DNA of 64,000 nucleotides from Macrostomum lignano (lineage: Eukaryota). Where the stretch lies: assembly GCA_002269645.1 (NCBI GenBank), contig NIVC01001393.1, positions 1 through 64,000 of the forward strand, given 5' to 3'. The position numbers were made by a program, and so were the translations under genes. Below the pieces are notes generated by a model. The model made no database searches and was not told the origin of the DNA. It worked only from the letters and a program-made list of their open reading frames with translations. Of the stretch, positions 1 through 16,306 are shown in pieces (positions within the stretch are counted from its first letter, which is position 1; every line of letters begins with the position of its first letter).

Positions 1-1130
1 TCACTCTGGTTCAGTCACTCAGAGCTCACTCTAGATCAGTCACTCGGAGCTCACTCTGGTCAGTCACTCGAGCTCACTCTGGGTCAGTCACTCGAGCTCA
101 CTCTAGATCAGTCACTCAGAGCTCACTCTGGGTCAGTCACTCGGAGCTCACTCTGGGTCAGTCACTCGGAGCTCACTCTGGTCAGTCACTCAGAGCTCAC
201 TCTAGATCAGTCACTCGGAGCTCACTCTGGGTCAGTCACTCGGAGCTCACTCTAGATCAGTCACTCGAGCTCACTCTGGTCAGTCACTCGGAGATCACTC
301 TGGGTCAGTCACTCGGAGCTCACTCTGGATCAGTCACTCGGAGCTCACTCTGGGTCAGTCACTCGGAGCTCACTCTGGGTCAGTCACTCGGAGCTCACTC
401 TGGGTCAGTCACTCGGAGCTCACTCTGGGTCAGTCACTCGGAGCTCACTCTGGGTCAGTCACTCGGAGCTCACTCTGGTCAGTCACTCGGAGCTCACTCT
501 GGGTCAGTCACTCGAGATCACTGGGTCAGTCACTCGGAGCTCACTCTGGTCAGTCACTCGAGCTCACTCTGGGTCAGTCACTCGAGCTCACTCTGGTCAG
601 TCACTCGGAGCTCACTCTGGGTCAGTCACTCGGAGCTCACTCTGGGTCAGTCACTCGAGCTCACTCTGGGTCAGTCACTCGGAGCTCACTCTGGTCAGTC
701 ACTCGGAGCTCACTCTGGTCAGTCACTCGGAGCTCACTCTGGGTCAGTCACTCGAGCTCACTCTAGATCAGTCACTCGGAGCTCACTCTGGTCAGTCACT
801 CGGAGCTCACTCTGGGTCAGTCACTCGAGCTCACTCTGATCAGTCACTCGGAGCTCACTCTGGTCAGTCACTCGGAGCTCACTCTGGGTCAGTCACTCGG
901 AGCTCACTCTGGTCAGTCACTCGAGCTCACTCTGGTCAGTCACTCGGAGCTCACTCTGGGTCAGTCACTCGGAGCTCACTCTGGGTCAGTCACTCAGCTC
1001 ACTCTAGATCAGTCACTCGGAGCTCACTCTGGGTCAGTCACTCGGAGCTCACTCTGGTCAGTCACTCTGATCAGTCACTCGGAGCTCACTCTGGTCAGTC
1101 ACTCGGAGCTCACTCTGGGTCAGTCACTCT
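1..1130. repeat. Minisatellite, ~25-26 bp unit (GGTCAGTCACTCGGAGCTCACTCTG[G]), filling an HHAT intron; continues past window start
   Basis: Direct tandem repetition. Begins ~15 nt beyond the minus-strand donor (CTG|GTGAGT, exon end 1146). Confidence 0.95.
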
Positions 1131-1145
1131 GATCCCCGGACTCAC

Positions 1146-4100
1146 CAGCCACGTCTTCAACTTCCTCTCATAGAAAGCGCAGGCCAGGGTCTCCAGAAGC
1201 AGCTGCAGTGCGTTCAGCGCAGCCCAGATGCGGACGCTGGTTGAGTCGCCGTGGTAGATGGAGACAAAGGCGAAGCTGGCAGCCACAGCAGCTACCTGTC
1301 TCACAATGCCGTGCCGACTGCCTCCCATGGGGATGTAGATGTGGCTGTACATGAAGGAGGCCAGCCCCCTGTCGAACACGCGCCACATCTGCCTGTAAGT
1401 ATAGACCGGCTGATGCAGTCGGGCCAGTGCGGCAGCTCGACTCCGTCAATGCTGGACACGAGACCCGGCCAGCCGTACAGCTGCACGTAGACCAGCATGA
1501 AGTTCTGGCCATGCAGGTACATTGAAAACACGAGCCGCTTGTAGGGCACGGACTCGTAAGACCGAATGCTCTCCAGAAATGCTCCAACAGGTAGGAAATG
1601 ATGCAGCACCTGAAGCAGCAGCATCCACACCAACAGGCGAGTCGCTCGCCACGCCAGCAGCAGCAGCAGGTTCGGCTTCCACACCAGCCTGTCGGGTCTC
1701 TCAGCCTCCCGACAGAAGTCAGCAAAGGTGAGGATCGGGCCGGAAAAGTGCCAGGGCAGGTAAAATCCGTAAGCCAAAGCTCGGGGAAGGTGCAGTCTAA
1801 GGAACTGGAGCAGGCTCAGCTGCTGTGCCTCATCTGCAGGTTGGCGTCTCTGGTCCGCAGCATTTGGTTGAGGCTGAGTCCAGCGGAGATGCAGCGGCAG
1901 TACAGGTAGCCAGAGATTGGGTAGAACAGGTGAGAGTAATCACCTTCGAGATCCAGGACTTGAAAGAGCGCGCTGCTGTAATCCGAGTTTTGCAGCATCA
2001 TTGCCGACAGAATAAACAGCCAGACACCGAACTGGGAGAAATATCCATGCAGACAGCACCGCAGTGCAACACCAGAAAGTACATCGCTGTTCTGTAACCA
2101 AGGATAGCCGCTGTCACAGCCAAGGTGAAGCTTGTAGTAGCCAGGTAGTGCACCTGATGAGGAATGGGGAACTTGACAGGTTCTCAGCTGCTCTTGCAGG
2201 ATATGGCATTTCGGTTGAGCACTCTGTCACTGTCACTCCTATCCTAACTGATCACTCTGTCTCTGTCACTCCTCTCCTGACTGATCACTCTGTCACTGTC
2301 ACTGCTCTCCTGACTGATCACTCTGTCACTGTCACTCCTACCCTGACTGATCAATCTGCCACTGTCACTCCTATCCTGACTGATCACTCTGCCACTGTCA
2401 CTCCTACCCTGACTGATCACTCTGCCACTGTCACTCCTTCCTGACTGATCACTCCGTCTCTGTCAATCTTCTCCTGACTGATCACTCTGTCACTGTCACT
2501 CCTCTCGTGACTGATTAGTCTGTCACTGTCACTCTTCTCCTGACTGATCACTCTGTCACTGTCACTCTTCTCCTGACTGATCACTCTGTCACTGTCTGTC
2601 ACTCCTATTCTGACTGATCACTCTGCCACTGTCACTCCTTCCTGACTGATCACTCCGTCTCTGTCACTCCTTCCTGACTGATCACTCTGTCACTGTCACT
2701 CCTCTCGTGACTGATCACTGTCACTGTCACTCTTCTCCTGACTGATCACTCTGTCACTGTCAATTTTCTCGTGACTGATCACTCTGCCACTGTCACTCTT
2801 CTCCTGACTGATCACTCTGTCACTGTCACTTCTCTCTGACTGATCACTCTGCCACTGTCACTCCTATCCTGACTAATCACTCTGTCACTGTCACTCCTCT
2901 TCTGACTGATCACTCTGCCACAGTCACTCCTTTTTTGACTGATCACTCTGTCACAGTCACTCCTCCTCTGACTGATCACTCTGTCACTGTCACTCCTCCT
3001 CCTGACTGATCACTTTGTCACTGTCACTCCTCCTCCTGACTGATCACTTTGTCACTGTCACTCCGCTCTGACTGTTCACTCTGTCACTGTCACTCCTTCC
3101 TGACCGATCACTCCATCTCTGTCACTCCTATCCTGACTAATCACTGTCACTCCTATCATGACTGATCACTCTGCCACTGTCACTCCTATCCTGGCTGATG
3201 ACTCTGTCACTGTCACTCCTATCGTGACTGATCACTCTGTCACTGTCACTCTCTCGTGACTGATCACTCTGCCACAGTCACTCCTCTTCTGACTGATCAC
3301 TCTGCCACTGTCACTCCTCCTCTGACTGATCACTCTCTCTCCAGGGGTTGAGCGACATGAAACTTTAAGCAAGACAGGCCAGAGCGTACAGTTCGGCTCG
3401 TGCACCGCAGCGTGATCAGGCTGACCATCAGAAAGCCGACAGAAATAGCAGCAATGCTCTTATACTGGCTGAGCATTTCGATCTCCATGAAATCGGCCGG
3501 AATCTCCTGAGAATGTGTCAGTTTTTACTTATGATCAATACAACGAATTTATGACAGTTCGGAATGGGCATGTCGTGAATGTACTTTACCATGTAGTCGG
3601 AAAGCCACCCGTCAGTCATGTGCCGCAATGGAGGTGCTGAAAGTTTTGTAGTTTAATAACGTTTTACTATTTCCCGATACAAGGACTTGTCCTGTGGATT
3701 GGCTCTATTGTCTATGGCCGAGAGCAGTGCCTGGCTGCACAAAACATGCCGGGGGGGGTTGTCGTGCGATTTACAACCTATGAGGGCCAACCCCCCAAGG
3801 CACGGAGAGTGTACATGCCTGGTGGTTAGAAAGTCAGGGCTGCTGTACACCCTGTGTGAGCGTGTGCATGAGTGCGTGCCCGAGTACAGTATTGTGCTCA
3901 GGAGTCAGCGGAATGGGCAGATTGTGGGACGGGCGTCGCCTCCTGCAGTCATTATTGTTATTAGTCTATGGCCAAAACCTCTTTCTGACGCATCTGTGAG
4001 GCTCACCGTTTGGTTTCGCAGTCCGGCCAAACTCTCGGTACATATCGGCGCCAGCGAAGGCAAAAGCAGAGAAAAAAATCAGACCGTAGCCGGCCACCTC

Positions 4101-4193
4101 GACACCTCCAGCGCTGCGGCAGATTTCGCCAGTTGTTGAACAACCCGACCGCTTCTTGTTCACCTTGCGCGGTGGCTCACTAGCGGGACTCAT
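1146..4193 (-). CDS. HHAT: Hedgehog acyltransferase (HHAT/Rasp/GUP1-type MBOAT), 5' part. Exons 4193-4007, 3636-3590, 3506-3390, 2153-1146; 3' end outside window; exon 4 has three -1 frameshifts
   Basis: MBOAT motifs YGFYLPWHFSGPILTF, PDCISR..MWRVFDRGLASFMYSHIYIPMGG and catalytic FVSIYHG. N-terminus VEVAGYGLIFF..DMYREF resembles the HHAT start. GT-AG junctions join in phase (1,0,0): ..AKPN-A-PPLRHMTDGWLSDYM-EIPADF..CTSRT-VHYLATT.. Could be a pseudogenised copy. Confidence 0.85.
2219..3340. repeat. Minisatellite, ~33 bp unit (CTGACTGATCACTCTGTCACTGTCACTCCTCTC-like), in HHAT intron 3
   Basis: Visible degenerate tandem repeat between exons 3506-3390 and 2153-1146. Confidence 0.95.
3796..3935. 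mobile_element. Short dispersed repeat, copy 1 (HHAT intron 1); homologous to 25446-25620
   Basis: Shared sequence GTGTACATGCCTG..TAGAAAGTCAGGGC.GCTGTACACCCTGTGTGAGCGTG..AGGAGTCAG.GGAA.GGGCAGA..TGTGGGAC in both loci. Confidence 0.7.
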
Positions 4194-4729
4194 GGTGTGT
4201 TTTTTTCAATTAAGAATTCCAACCACAAGCAATCTTGCACCCTTGTGCTAGTGTTTACTTATATCCCATTGTGAAAGCAATTAAGTTTTACAATATTTTC
4301 TTTAATTATGCTCTGTTTTAGTACCGGAAATCTGACATGTAGTTACAAGACAATATAATATCTGATCGGTTGACATCGTTAATGCTTTTACGAGCGCTAA
4401 ATTATTGGTAATTCGTTTTTCTTCAGCTCCGTTTTTTATGTTCATCCTGGCCTGATTTTGTCCCAGCAATTTTGTGGTCAAAATTCTCGATTCGAATTTA
4501 CTACTAACAGTAAAATGTATTTGTGGGTTTGAAGAATAAATGAAAAGTGAAAAATTATATAGTATTTCTACAAGTGTTCTGCGCATTGAATTAACCTATT
4601 GAGATTAAAGTGTGTGGTTGCGTATTATATTGAGAAAGCGATGATTCTGGATGCAAAATGATGGGAGTGCCATCTGAACCATACTCGTAGTGCAAATGAG
4701 AGCAGGTAGGTAATGAGAGGAAAATATTG

Positions 4730-5440
4730 AGAGAGGGAGAGAGAGAGAGAAGAGAGAAGGGAAAGAGATGATGAGAGAGATGGAATGGAAAGAGATTGGA
4801 GGCAGAGAGGTGAGAGGGAGAGAGATGGAAGGGAGAGAGGTGAGAGGGAGAGAGATGGAAGGGAGAGAGGTGAGAGGGAGAGATGGGGGGAAGAGAGGTG
4901 AAAGGGAGAGAGATGGAAGGGAGAGAGGTGAGAGGAAAAGAGTTGGGAGGATGAGAAGTGGGAGGGAGAGGTGAGAGGGAGAGGAAGGGAGTTGGGAGGG
5001 AGAGAGGTGGGATGGAGGTGGGAGGGAGAGGGAGAGAGTTGGGAGGATGAGATGTGGGAGGGAAAAGAGGAAGAGAGGTGGGTGGGAGAGAGAGGTGAGA
5101 GGCAGAGGTGAGAGGCAGAGGTGGGAGGCAGAGGTGGGAGGCAGAGGTGAGAGGCAGAGGTGAGAGGCAGAGGTGAGAGGCAGAGGTGGGAGGCAGAGGT
5201 GGGAGGCAGAGGTGGGAGGCAGAGGTGGGAGGCAGAGGTGGGAGGCAGAGGTGGGAGGCAGAGGTGGGAGGCAGAGGTGAGAGGCAGAGGTGAGAGGCAG
5301 AGGTGGGAGGCAGAGGTGGGAGGCAGAGGTGGGAGGCAGAGGTGGGAGGCAGAGGTGGGAGGCAGAGGTGGGAGGCAGAGGTGGGAGGCAGAGGTGGGAG
5401 GCAGAGGTGGGAGGCAGAGGTGGGAGGCAGAGGTGGGAGG
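4730..5440. repeat. Purine-rich low-complexity tract ending in a 13-bp tandem (GGCAGAGGTGGGA)
   Basis: Seen directly. Explains the spurious PPLPPTSASHLCL ORFs. Confidence 0.9.
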
Positions 5441-5486
5441 GAACCAACAGTTGGAACTGAGAGTCCCTGGCCAGCACAGACGCAGT

Positions 5487-9127
<3,641 letters not shown>

Positions 9128-9560
9128 GGTTATTGATTCTGAAATTATAAGCTATCCAGACAGACTAAGCTGCGAAGCGTGCATTTATAAGCGACGCGTG
9201 GATTAGCCATGGCGATTGACATGATCGACCAATGCCAGCTGAGGAGAGGAGAGCCAAGCCGCCATAGGGGATTCTCCCCCGCCCAAGAAAAAGGAGAGGC
9301 TCAAACAGAAGCGCGCCGGCGCTTTCTCAGCCGCCAATTTTCGGGCAAAGTTGAGACTAACTGCGGCCCTGCTGCTGATTGCACGCGGATCACCATTGCT
9401 AGAATTGATTATCATGGCTGGATATAATCCGATGCCAATCGGATATGGTCTAAATATAGCTTGCACTTCCTGATCAACGAGTGCTGGTCGACTGGGCGGC
9501 AACTTCTTCTTTTGCATGCACGATGCAGACTTCGATTCGAGCGAGTGTGCGAATGGATTT

Positions 9561-12112
9561 CAGTTACAGTTCCAGCAGCTTCCACTCAGTCACTTAACTT
9601 CCAGCAGCTTCCACTCAGTCACTTAACTTCCAGCAGCTTCCACTCAGTCACTTAACTTCCAGCAGCTTCCACTCAGTCATTCAACTTCCTGTAGCTTCCA
9701 CTCAGTCACCTAACTTCCTTTAATCGTAGCTTCCACTCAGTCACTTAACTTCCAGCAGCTTCCACTCAGTCACTTAACTTCCAGCAGCTTCCCCTCAGTC
9801 ACTTAACTTCCAGCAGCTTCCACTCAGTCATTCAACTTCCTGTAGCTTCCACTCAGTCACCTAACTTCCTTTAATCGTAGCTTCCACTCAGTCACTTAAC
9901 TTCCTGTAGCTTCCACTCAGTCACCTAACTTCCTTTAATCGTAGCTTCCACTCAGTCACTTAACTTCCAGCAGCTTCCACTCAGTCACTTAACTTCCAGC
10001 AGCTTCCCCTCAGTCACTTAACTTCCAGCAGCTTCCACTCAGTCATTCAACTTCCTGTAGCTTCCACTCAGTCACCTAACTTCCTTTAATCGTAGCTTCC
10101 ACTCAGTCACTTAACTTCCTGTAGCTTCCACTCAGTCACCTAACTTCCTTTAATCGTAGCTTCCACTCAGTCACTTAACTTCCAGCAGCTTCCACTCAGT
10201 CACTTAACTTCCAGCAGCTTCCCCTCAGTCACTTAACTTCCAGCAGCTTCCACTCAGTCATTCAACTTCCTGTAGCTTCCACTCAGTCACCTAACTTCCT
10301 TTAATCGTAGCTTCCACTCAGTCACTTAACTTCCTGTAGCTTCCACTCAGTCACCTAGCTTCCTTTAATCGTAGCTTCCACTCAGTCACTTAACTTCCTG
10401 TAGCTTCCACTCAGTCACCTAACTTCCTTTAATCGTAGCTTCCACTCAGTCACTTAACTTCCAGCAGCTTCCACTCAGTCACTTAACTTCCAGCAGCTTC
10501 CCCTCAGTCACTTAACTTCCAGCAGCTTCCACTCAGTCATTCAACTTCCTGTAGCTTCCACTCAGTCACCTAACTTCCTTTAATCGTAGCTTCCACTCAG
10601 TCACTTAACTTCCTGTAGCTTCCACTCAGTCACCTAGCTTCCTTTAATCGTAGCTTCCACTCAGTCACTTAACTTCCTGTAGCTTCCACTCAGTCACCTA
10701 ACTTCCTTTAATCGTAGCTTCCACTCAGTCACTTAACTTCCTGTAGCTTCCACTCAGTCACCTAACTTCGTTTAATCGTAGCTTCCACTCAGTCACTTAA
10801 CTTCCTGTAGCTTCCACTCAGTCACCTAACTTCCTTTAATCGTAGCTTCCACTCAGTCACTTAACTTCCAGCAGCTTCCACTCAGTCACTTAACTTCCAG
10901 CAGCTTCCCCTCAGTCACTTAACTTCCAGCAGCTTCCACTCAGTCATTCAACTTCCTGTAGCTTCCACTCAGTCACCTAACTTCCTTTAATCGTAGCTTC
11001 CACTCAGTCACTTAACTTCCTGTAGCTTCCACTCAGTCACCTAGCTTCCTTTAATCGTAGCTTCCACTCAGTCACTTAACTTCCTGTAGCTTCCACTCAG
11101 TCACCTAACTTCCTTTAATCGTAGCTTCCACTCAGTCACTTAACTTCCTGTAGCTTCCACTCAGTCACCTAACTTCGTTTAATCGTAGCTTCCACTCAGT
11201 CACTTAACTTCCTGTAGCTTCCACTCAGTCACCTAACTTCCTTTAATCGTAGCTTCCACTCAGTCACTTAACTTCCTGTAGCTTCCACTCAGTCACCTAA
11301 CTTCCTTTAATCGTAGCTTCCACTCAGTCACTTAACTTCCTGTAGCTTCCACTCAGTCACCTAACTTCGTTTAATCGTAGCTTCCACTCAGTCACTTAAC
11401 TTCCTGTAGCTTCCACTCAGTCACCTAACTTCCTTTAATCGTAGCTTCCACTCAGTCACTTAACTTCCTGTAGCTTCCACTCAGTCACCTAACTTCCTTT
11501 AATCGTAGCTTCCACTCAGTCACTTAACTTCCTGTAGCTTCCACTCAGTCACCTAACTTCCTTTAATCGTAGCTTCCACTCAGTCACTTAACTTCGTGTA
11601 GCTTCCACTCAGTCACCTAACTTCCTTTAATCGTAGCTTCCACTCAGTCACTTAACTTCGTGTAGCTTCCACTCAGTCACCTAACTTCCTTTAATCGTAG
11701 CTTCCACTCAGTCACTTAACTTCGTGTAGCTTCCACTCAGTCACCTAACTTCCTTTAATCGTAGCTTCCACTCAGTCACTTAACTTCCTGTAGCTTCCAC
11801 TCAGTCACCTAACTTCCTTTAATCGTAGCTTCCACTCAGTCACTTAACTTCCTGTAGCTTCCACTCAGTCACCTAACTTCCTTTAATCGTAGCTTCCACT
11901 CAGTCACTTAACTTCCTGTAGCTTCCACTCAGTCACCTAACTTCCTTTAATCGTAGCTTCCACTCAGTCACTTAACTTCGTGTAGCTTCCACTCAGTCAC
12001 CTAACTTCCTTTAATCGTAGCTTCCACTCAGTCACCTAGCTGACTTTAGCTTTAACTCAGTCACTTAACTTCCAGCAGCTTCCACTCAGTCACTTAACTT
12101 TCAGCAGCTTCC
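9561..12112. repeat. 2.55-kb minisatellite of 29-bp and 35-bp monomers (AGCTTCCACTCAGTCAC[T/C]TAACTTCC..) with higher-order structure
   Basis: Monomers end in AGC, TGT or TTTAATCGT. The right half is a homogeneous 64-bp dimer. Confidence 0.97.
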
Positions 12113-13893
12113 ACCAGAAGATTCAGTTCTAAGTACATTCCCATGTACCCCTGAATGGCAAACAGATATTGATGACTTAAGCCTAAAAGTAATTTCTAAG
12201 GCGCAACCTTAGGTAGCTATGATGAAGATCAATAATCGGATCGTGAGTCTGCATGAATGCACGAGCAAAATTGCACCCAATTAACTTTATAAACAACTCT
12301 ATAGGCATGCACAGGCAAGGTTAGGATGTACTTGGGTCCCTATTCTCCCCTCATCTCTCCTGCAAGCAGTCTAATTGCACGCGTAAATTTGTTCTCCCTC
12401 ACCTGGCAGTCAAGCCTTCGGAACATCGATTTCTTCTCACACTTCAACTCATTTCTATATATAAGTCGGCTTATTGATTTTGGCTAATACAGACTTTGCT
12501 TTGCTGGGCCCGGGTCGAGAGCAACCAACCAGCCAAAACTACGGGAGCCCCATTAGCTTGATTTATCTCCGTGTATGCAGCGCAGTGCGTATTAAAAAAT
12601 TACACCGAAAAGAAATAACAAAAATACTGAAGGCAAAAACTTTTCTGTGTTTCAGTCAGGCAAACTCACTTAAAAAATCAAATTTATTTTTTTTTGCCTG
12701 TGAAATACTCCAATAAAAGACATTAGAACGCAACAGACTACTTAAAGAGTAGAAATAAATGAACATGGAGACATAAAAATAATGGTTTCACTTGGCAAGT
12801 AAAATCACGCTAGTTACAACTACAAGGTAAGAAACTAATTCTAGAAGTATTTGACTGAATTACTTTGAATTTAAATTTACATGTCACTTACACGCCTACA
12901 TGTACAACTCACTCAACCATTTACATGTGCAAGCAATAAATGGGTTGATGGACAGTTAAAGACACATCTATCAATTATTACTCATGCACAAAAACTGTAA
13001 AATATACATATCTATGCAACACAAACTACTTTCAGCAATATAGACAATTTCTAATTAATACTTTGAGGAAAAATATGGCACCTGCTGAAAAATGTTTTTC
13101 ATTAACAGTTACCAATATGTTAATATGCTTGTATATTGCAAATTAATTTATAGGCAAAGTATATAAGACTTGATCCAGCACAGTTTGTTAGCACACTGAA
13201 ATGGAAATAGACAAGTGATGGCATTAAAGACTTAGATTTTTAATGCACTTTGAAACACTCAATATAATCCTAAATAATCATAATCATAATTAATTCACTT
13301 GTTTAGCATCCTGAATTCTGAATCTCAAAGTGCACTTTAACCAATTTTGTTATAAAGCTAGCAAAAGACATAACATAATTGCCCATATATTTGCAGCCTC
13401 TAAAAGTATACTGATATATAAAACATAGCATTCCCATTGACTGAAAATGTGGCTTATATATACTATATATAAAATATTTTAATAACTTATTATAGTATAT
13501 GCTATGCCACCTTTCTGACTATACTATAGGCATGGCCCAAGTAGAAGTGCTAATTTATTCCCAAATTAATATGGCTACACTTTGAATCAAGTCTAGGCCA
13601 CTAATATATTTAGATTTAGTCAACAAAATTATTAAATTATATTAAATATAAATCTTTCATTTTATTAACTCTGCTTTGCTTCAGTTCAACCAGCTATAAA
13701 ATGGGTATTTGAATTAGCCATGATGATTGAGGGTATATATAATGACTTTATTGTAGCCAATTGCCATTTATCATGGATAGTGTCTAGCATAGATTGGCCT
13801 TTAGTAGTGTAAACATAGTCTGGTGCACTGGTGCAGTTTAGTGCAAGAAAGGGATGTTTGGCACAATTTAGACCTTGGCTGCAATAGGCATAG

Positions 13894-15534
13894 CTAGGGA
13901 CTTCAATGAGATTTTGAAAGTTTATTTTTTTGTATTTTTGATATATATGGCCTCATTTGTCCAATTTGATCAAATAATAAAAAAGTTGTAACATTTTTGT
14001 ATGAAAAAGATGGCACTTTTTAGATAGGAAAAATACATTATGGGTTGGTGCCTTTTGAGTGCCAGATTTGAAATTTTTTGTTTTTTGTCTTTTTGGTCAT
14101 ATCTCATTTAATATTTAACCTACAGTGTTCATCTAGGTGTCATTTTAAAGATAAAGAAGTTCTATACAATAGTAATATAATTGCTAGACACAATCAATGA
14201 CAACTATTGTGTAAGCAGGCTTTGAAAATAAAAAATATACACTTTTTTATGCTACTAAAGTCAATTTTTGTTGTTGTAAATGGCTACTATTTGTAAAGTT
14301 TTCAATATATCTTGATAATTTTTTTTTACATTTCCTTTCAAACACCTAGTAGAATGTACCTAATCACAGTTTTTTAATTTAGAATTGCTTGGTTTAAAAA
14401 AAGTCACCAATTTTGTGTTTGTTCTATAAGAATTTGATGGTGTATCTCAAAATTGCATGTTTTTCAACTTTCAACTGTTATATAAAATATATTGTAACTA
14501 AAATTGTATTTTGAAATTGCTTATTAAGCATACAAATTAAATAAAGACCATCTCTTATAAAGTTCAGTTAATTTTAAGAGTTTGCACTGCAGACCAAGCC
14601 AAGTTGAGTGCAGTCCAAGGGTCACTTGTTGGGGTTGCAATTGCTATAGCTCAATAAGTTGGAGCAAGCATTATTTTCAATTAATTAAATTCAAAAATAT
14701 TTCCTATGGTAAAAGTCCTTCTTTTTGGTTAAGAAAAGCCATAATAACCCATTTTTTTACATAAGTAGCATGTAAGTAGTGCATGTGTACATATTTAAAA
14801 AAGAACTTGTGATTGCATGCTTTAAACACAAAATAGGGGACTACTAACTTTGTCAAATTGTTATCTATGTATCAGTGAATCGAATATAGTAAAGAAATGG
14901 CATGCAGAACAAAGCTATATATTTTTTCTGCATAAGTAGTTTGTGAGTTATGCAAATGCTCATGTTCACCAAAAATAAAAAAATGTTAATACAAAGAAGT
15001 GAGACATGCAAAATGAAAGCAAGTGTTGCTAAAAAAAGTGTTTATACCCCTTTCTTAAAAACAATACATAAAAAGTTCACAAAATGAAGTCATCTATAAA
15101 AAACCAAATTTTCAGTTTTTGGATAAAAAATACATTGTGGAGATAGGCAAAAAATGAGCCTAAAAAAGCTTGATAACTTGAGTGAGAAGAGATACAAACA
15201 AACAGTTTTTTTGTGTTCATTACATAAAGGCACAATAAAAAACAGCATTTAGAATTGCACAAAATGCAATAAAAGTTATTCAACTTTTAAATTTTTACAT
15301 GGGCCAAATAGGAACAATAATTTTTTTTCTACAAAAGCACTTTTTGGACCTTTAACTATCTAACTTTGCATTTCTATCATTAAACTTTGTTTGTTTAGGA
15401 GTTATTTCATTTGAAAGATATATTTCTCTAGTTTCTTATACATATTTTGGATTTTATAAAACCCATTCTTTTGCAAATTTTTGAAATTTTTTTTGCATTA
15501 TTTTATACTTTCAAAATCTCACTGAAGTCTCTAG
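13894..15534. mobile_element. Non-autonomous DNA transposon, 1641 bp, 28-bp TIRs, 5-bp TSD CATAG
   Basis: Left TIR CTAGGGACTTCAATGAGATTTTGAAAGT (13894-13921). Right TIR ACTTTCAAAATCTCACTGAAGTCTCTAG (15507-15534), 2 mismatches. CATAG at 13889-13893 and 15535-15539. AT-rich interior with no transposase ORF. Confidence 0.8.
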
Positions 15535-15964
15535 CATAGTGACCTCATATTCTTTGGACTAAATAGCTATATATAGCCTTTATATGCATTATACAATAGC
15601 TGCAATTAAGTTGTTAGTTGCACATCTGCCCATTAGGGCAGGTGTAGTAAATTATTATGATATTATTAATAGTTAATTAATTAAAAAAGTTCTAACTTTT
15701 TATATTATATAATAATCCAAAAAATGTTTAAAATATTTAGGGATAAAATATATTTAATATTAAAAATATATCCCATTTTTAGAAAGTTGTATTGTAACAG
15801 TTTTATAATACAAGAACATTGCAAGAACAATTTCATATGACATATGGAATTATGTATTCATAGAATCTAGATAGGGCCTAAGGTTATAGTTACAAAATTA
15901 CAAATTGTACACAAGTTTTCAATGACAAAGATACTTACTGATATAGTGACTATTGTTAACGAGG

Positions 15965-16306
15965 CTACTTAATTTTAGTGTAGACACAACCTCTGAACGA
16001 GTTGTATCTCACATCAATTTCGTCTTCTTCCAATTCATCAGACGCATAAATTTCATTGTAGCATTCCTTAGAAGCACATATGCGCACACACTTTTCTCTC
16101 TCTAAGTAATCACTAATATGAGAGCAACCTGGTCTGCATTCGTTTATTCTATCATTTACTTTTCTTTGATACTTCTGTTTAGATTTAAGTGAGTAACGAG
16201 GATAGGAAAACGGCGGTTGGCTATGGCAAAAATCGACAACCAAAGCAAGTATTAGAACGAAAATCAAAAGCTTATATAGTGTATATTGATTGTTGGGTGC
16301 AGCCAT
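15965..16306 (-). CDS. Intronless small secreted cysteine-rich protein, 113 aa, DUF4787-like
   Basis: ATG in aaaATGG context. Signal peptide KLLIFVLILALVVDFCHS. Motif ECRPGC..CVRICASKECYNEIYASDELEEDEIDVRYNSFRGC matches my recollection of DUF4787 (not searched). Confidence 0.8.
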   Translation of the reverse strand: MAAPNNQYTLYKLLIFVLILALVVDFCHSQPPFSYPRYSLKSKQKYQRKVNDRINECRPGCSHISDYLEREKCVRICASKECYNEIYASDELEEDEIDVRYNSFRGCVYTKIK

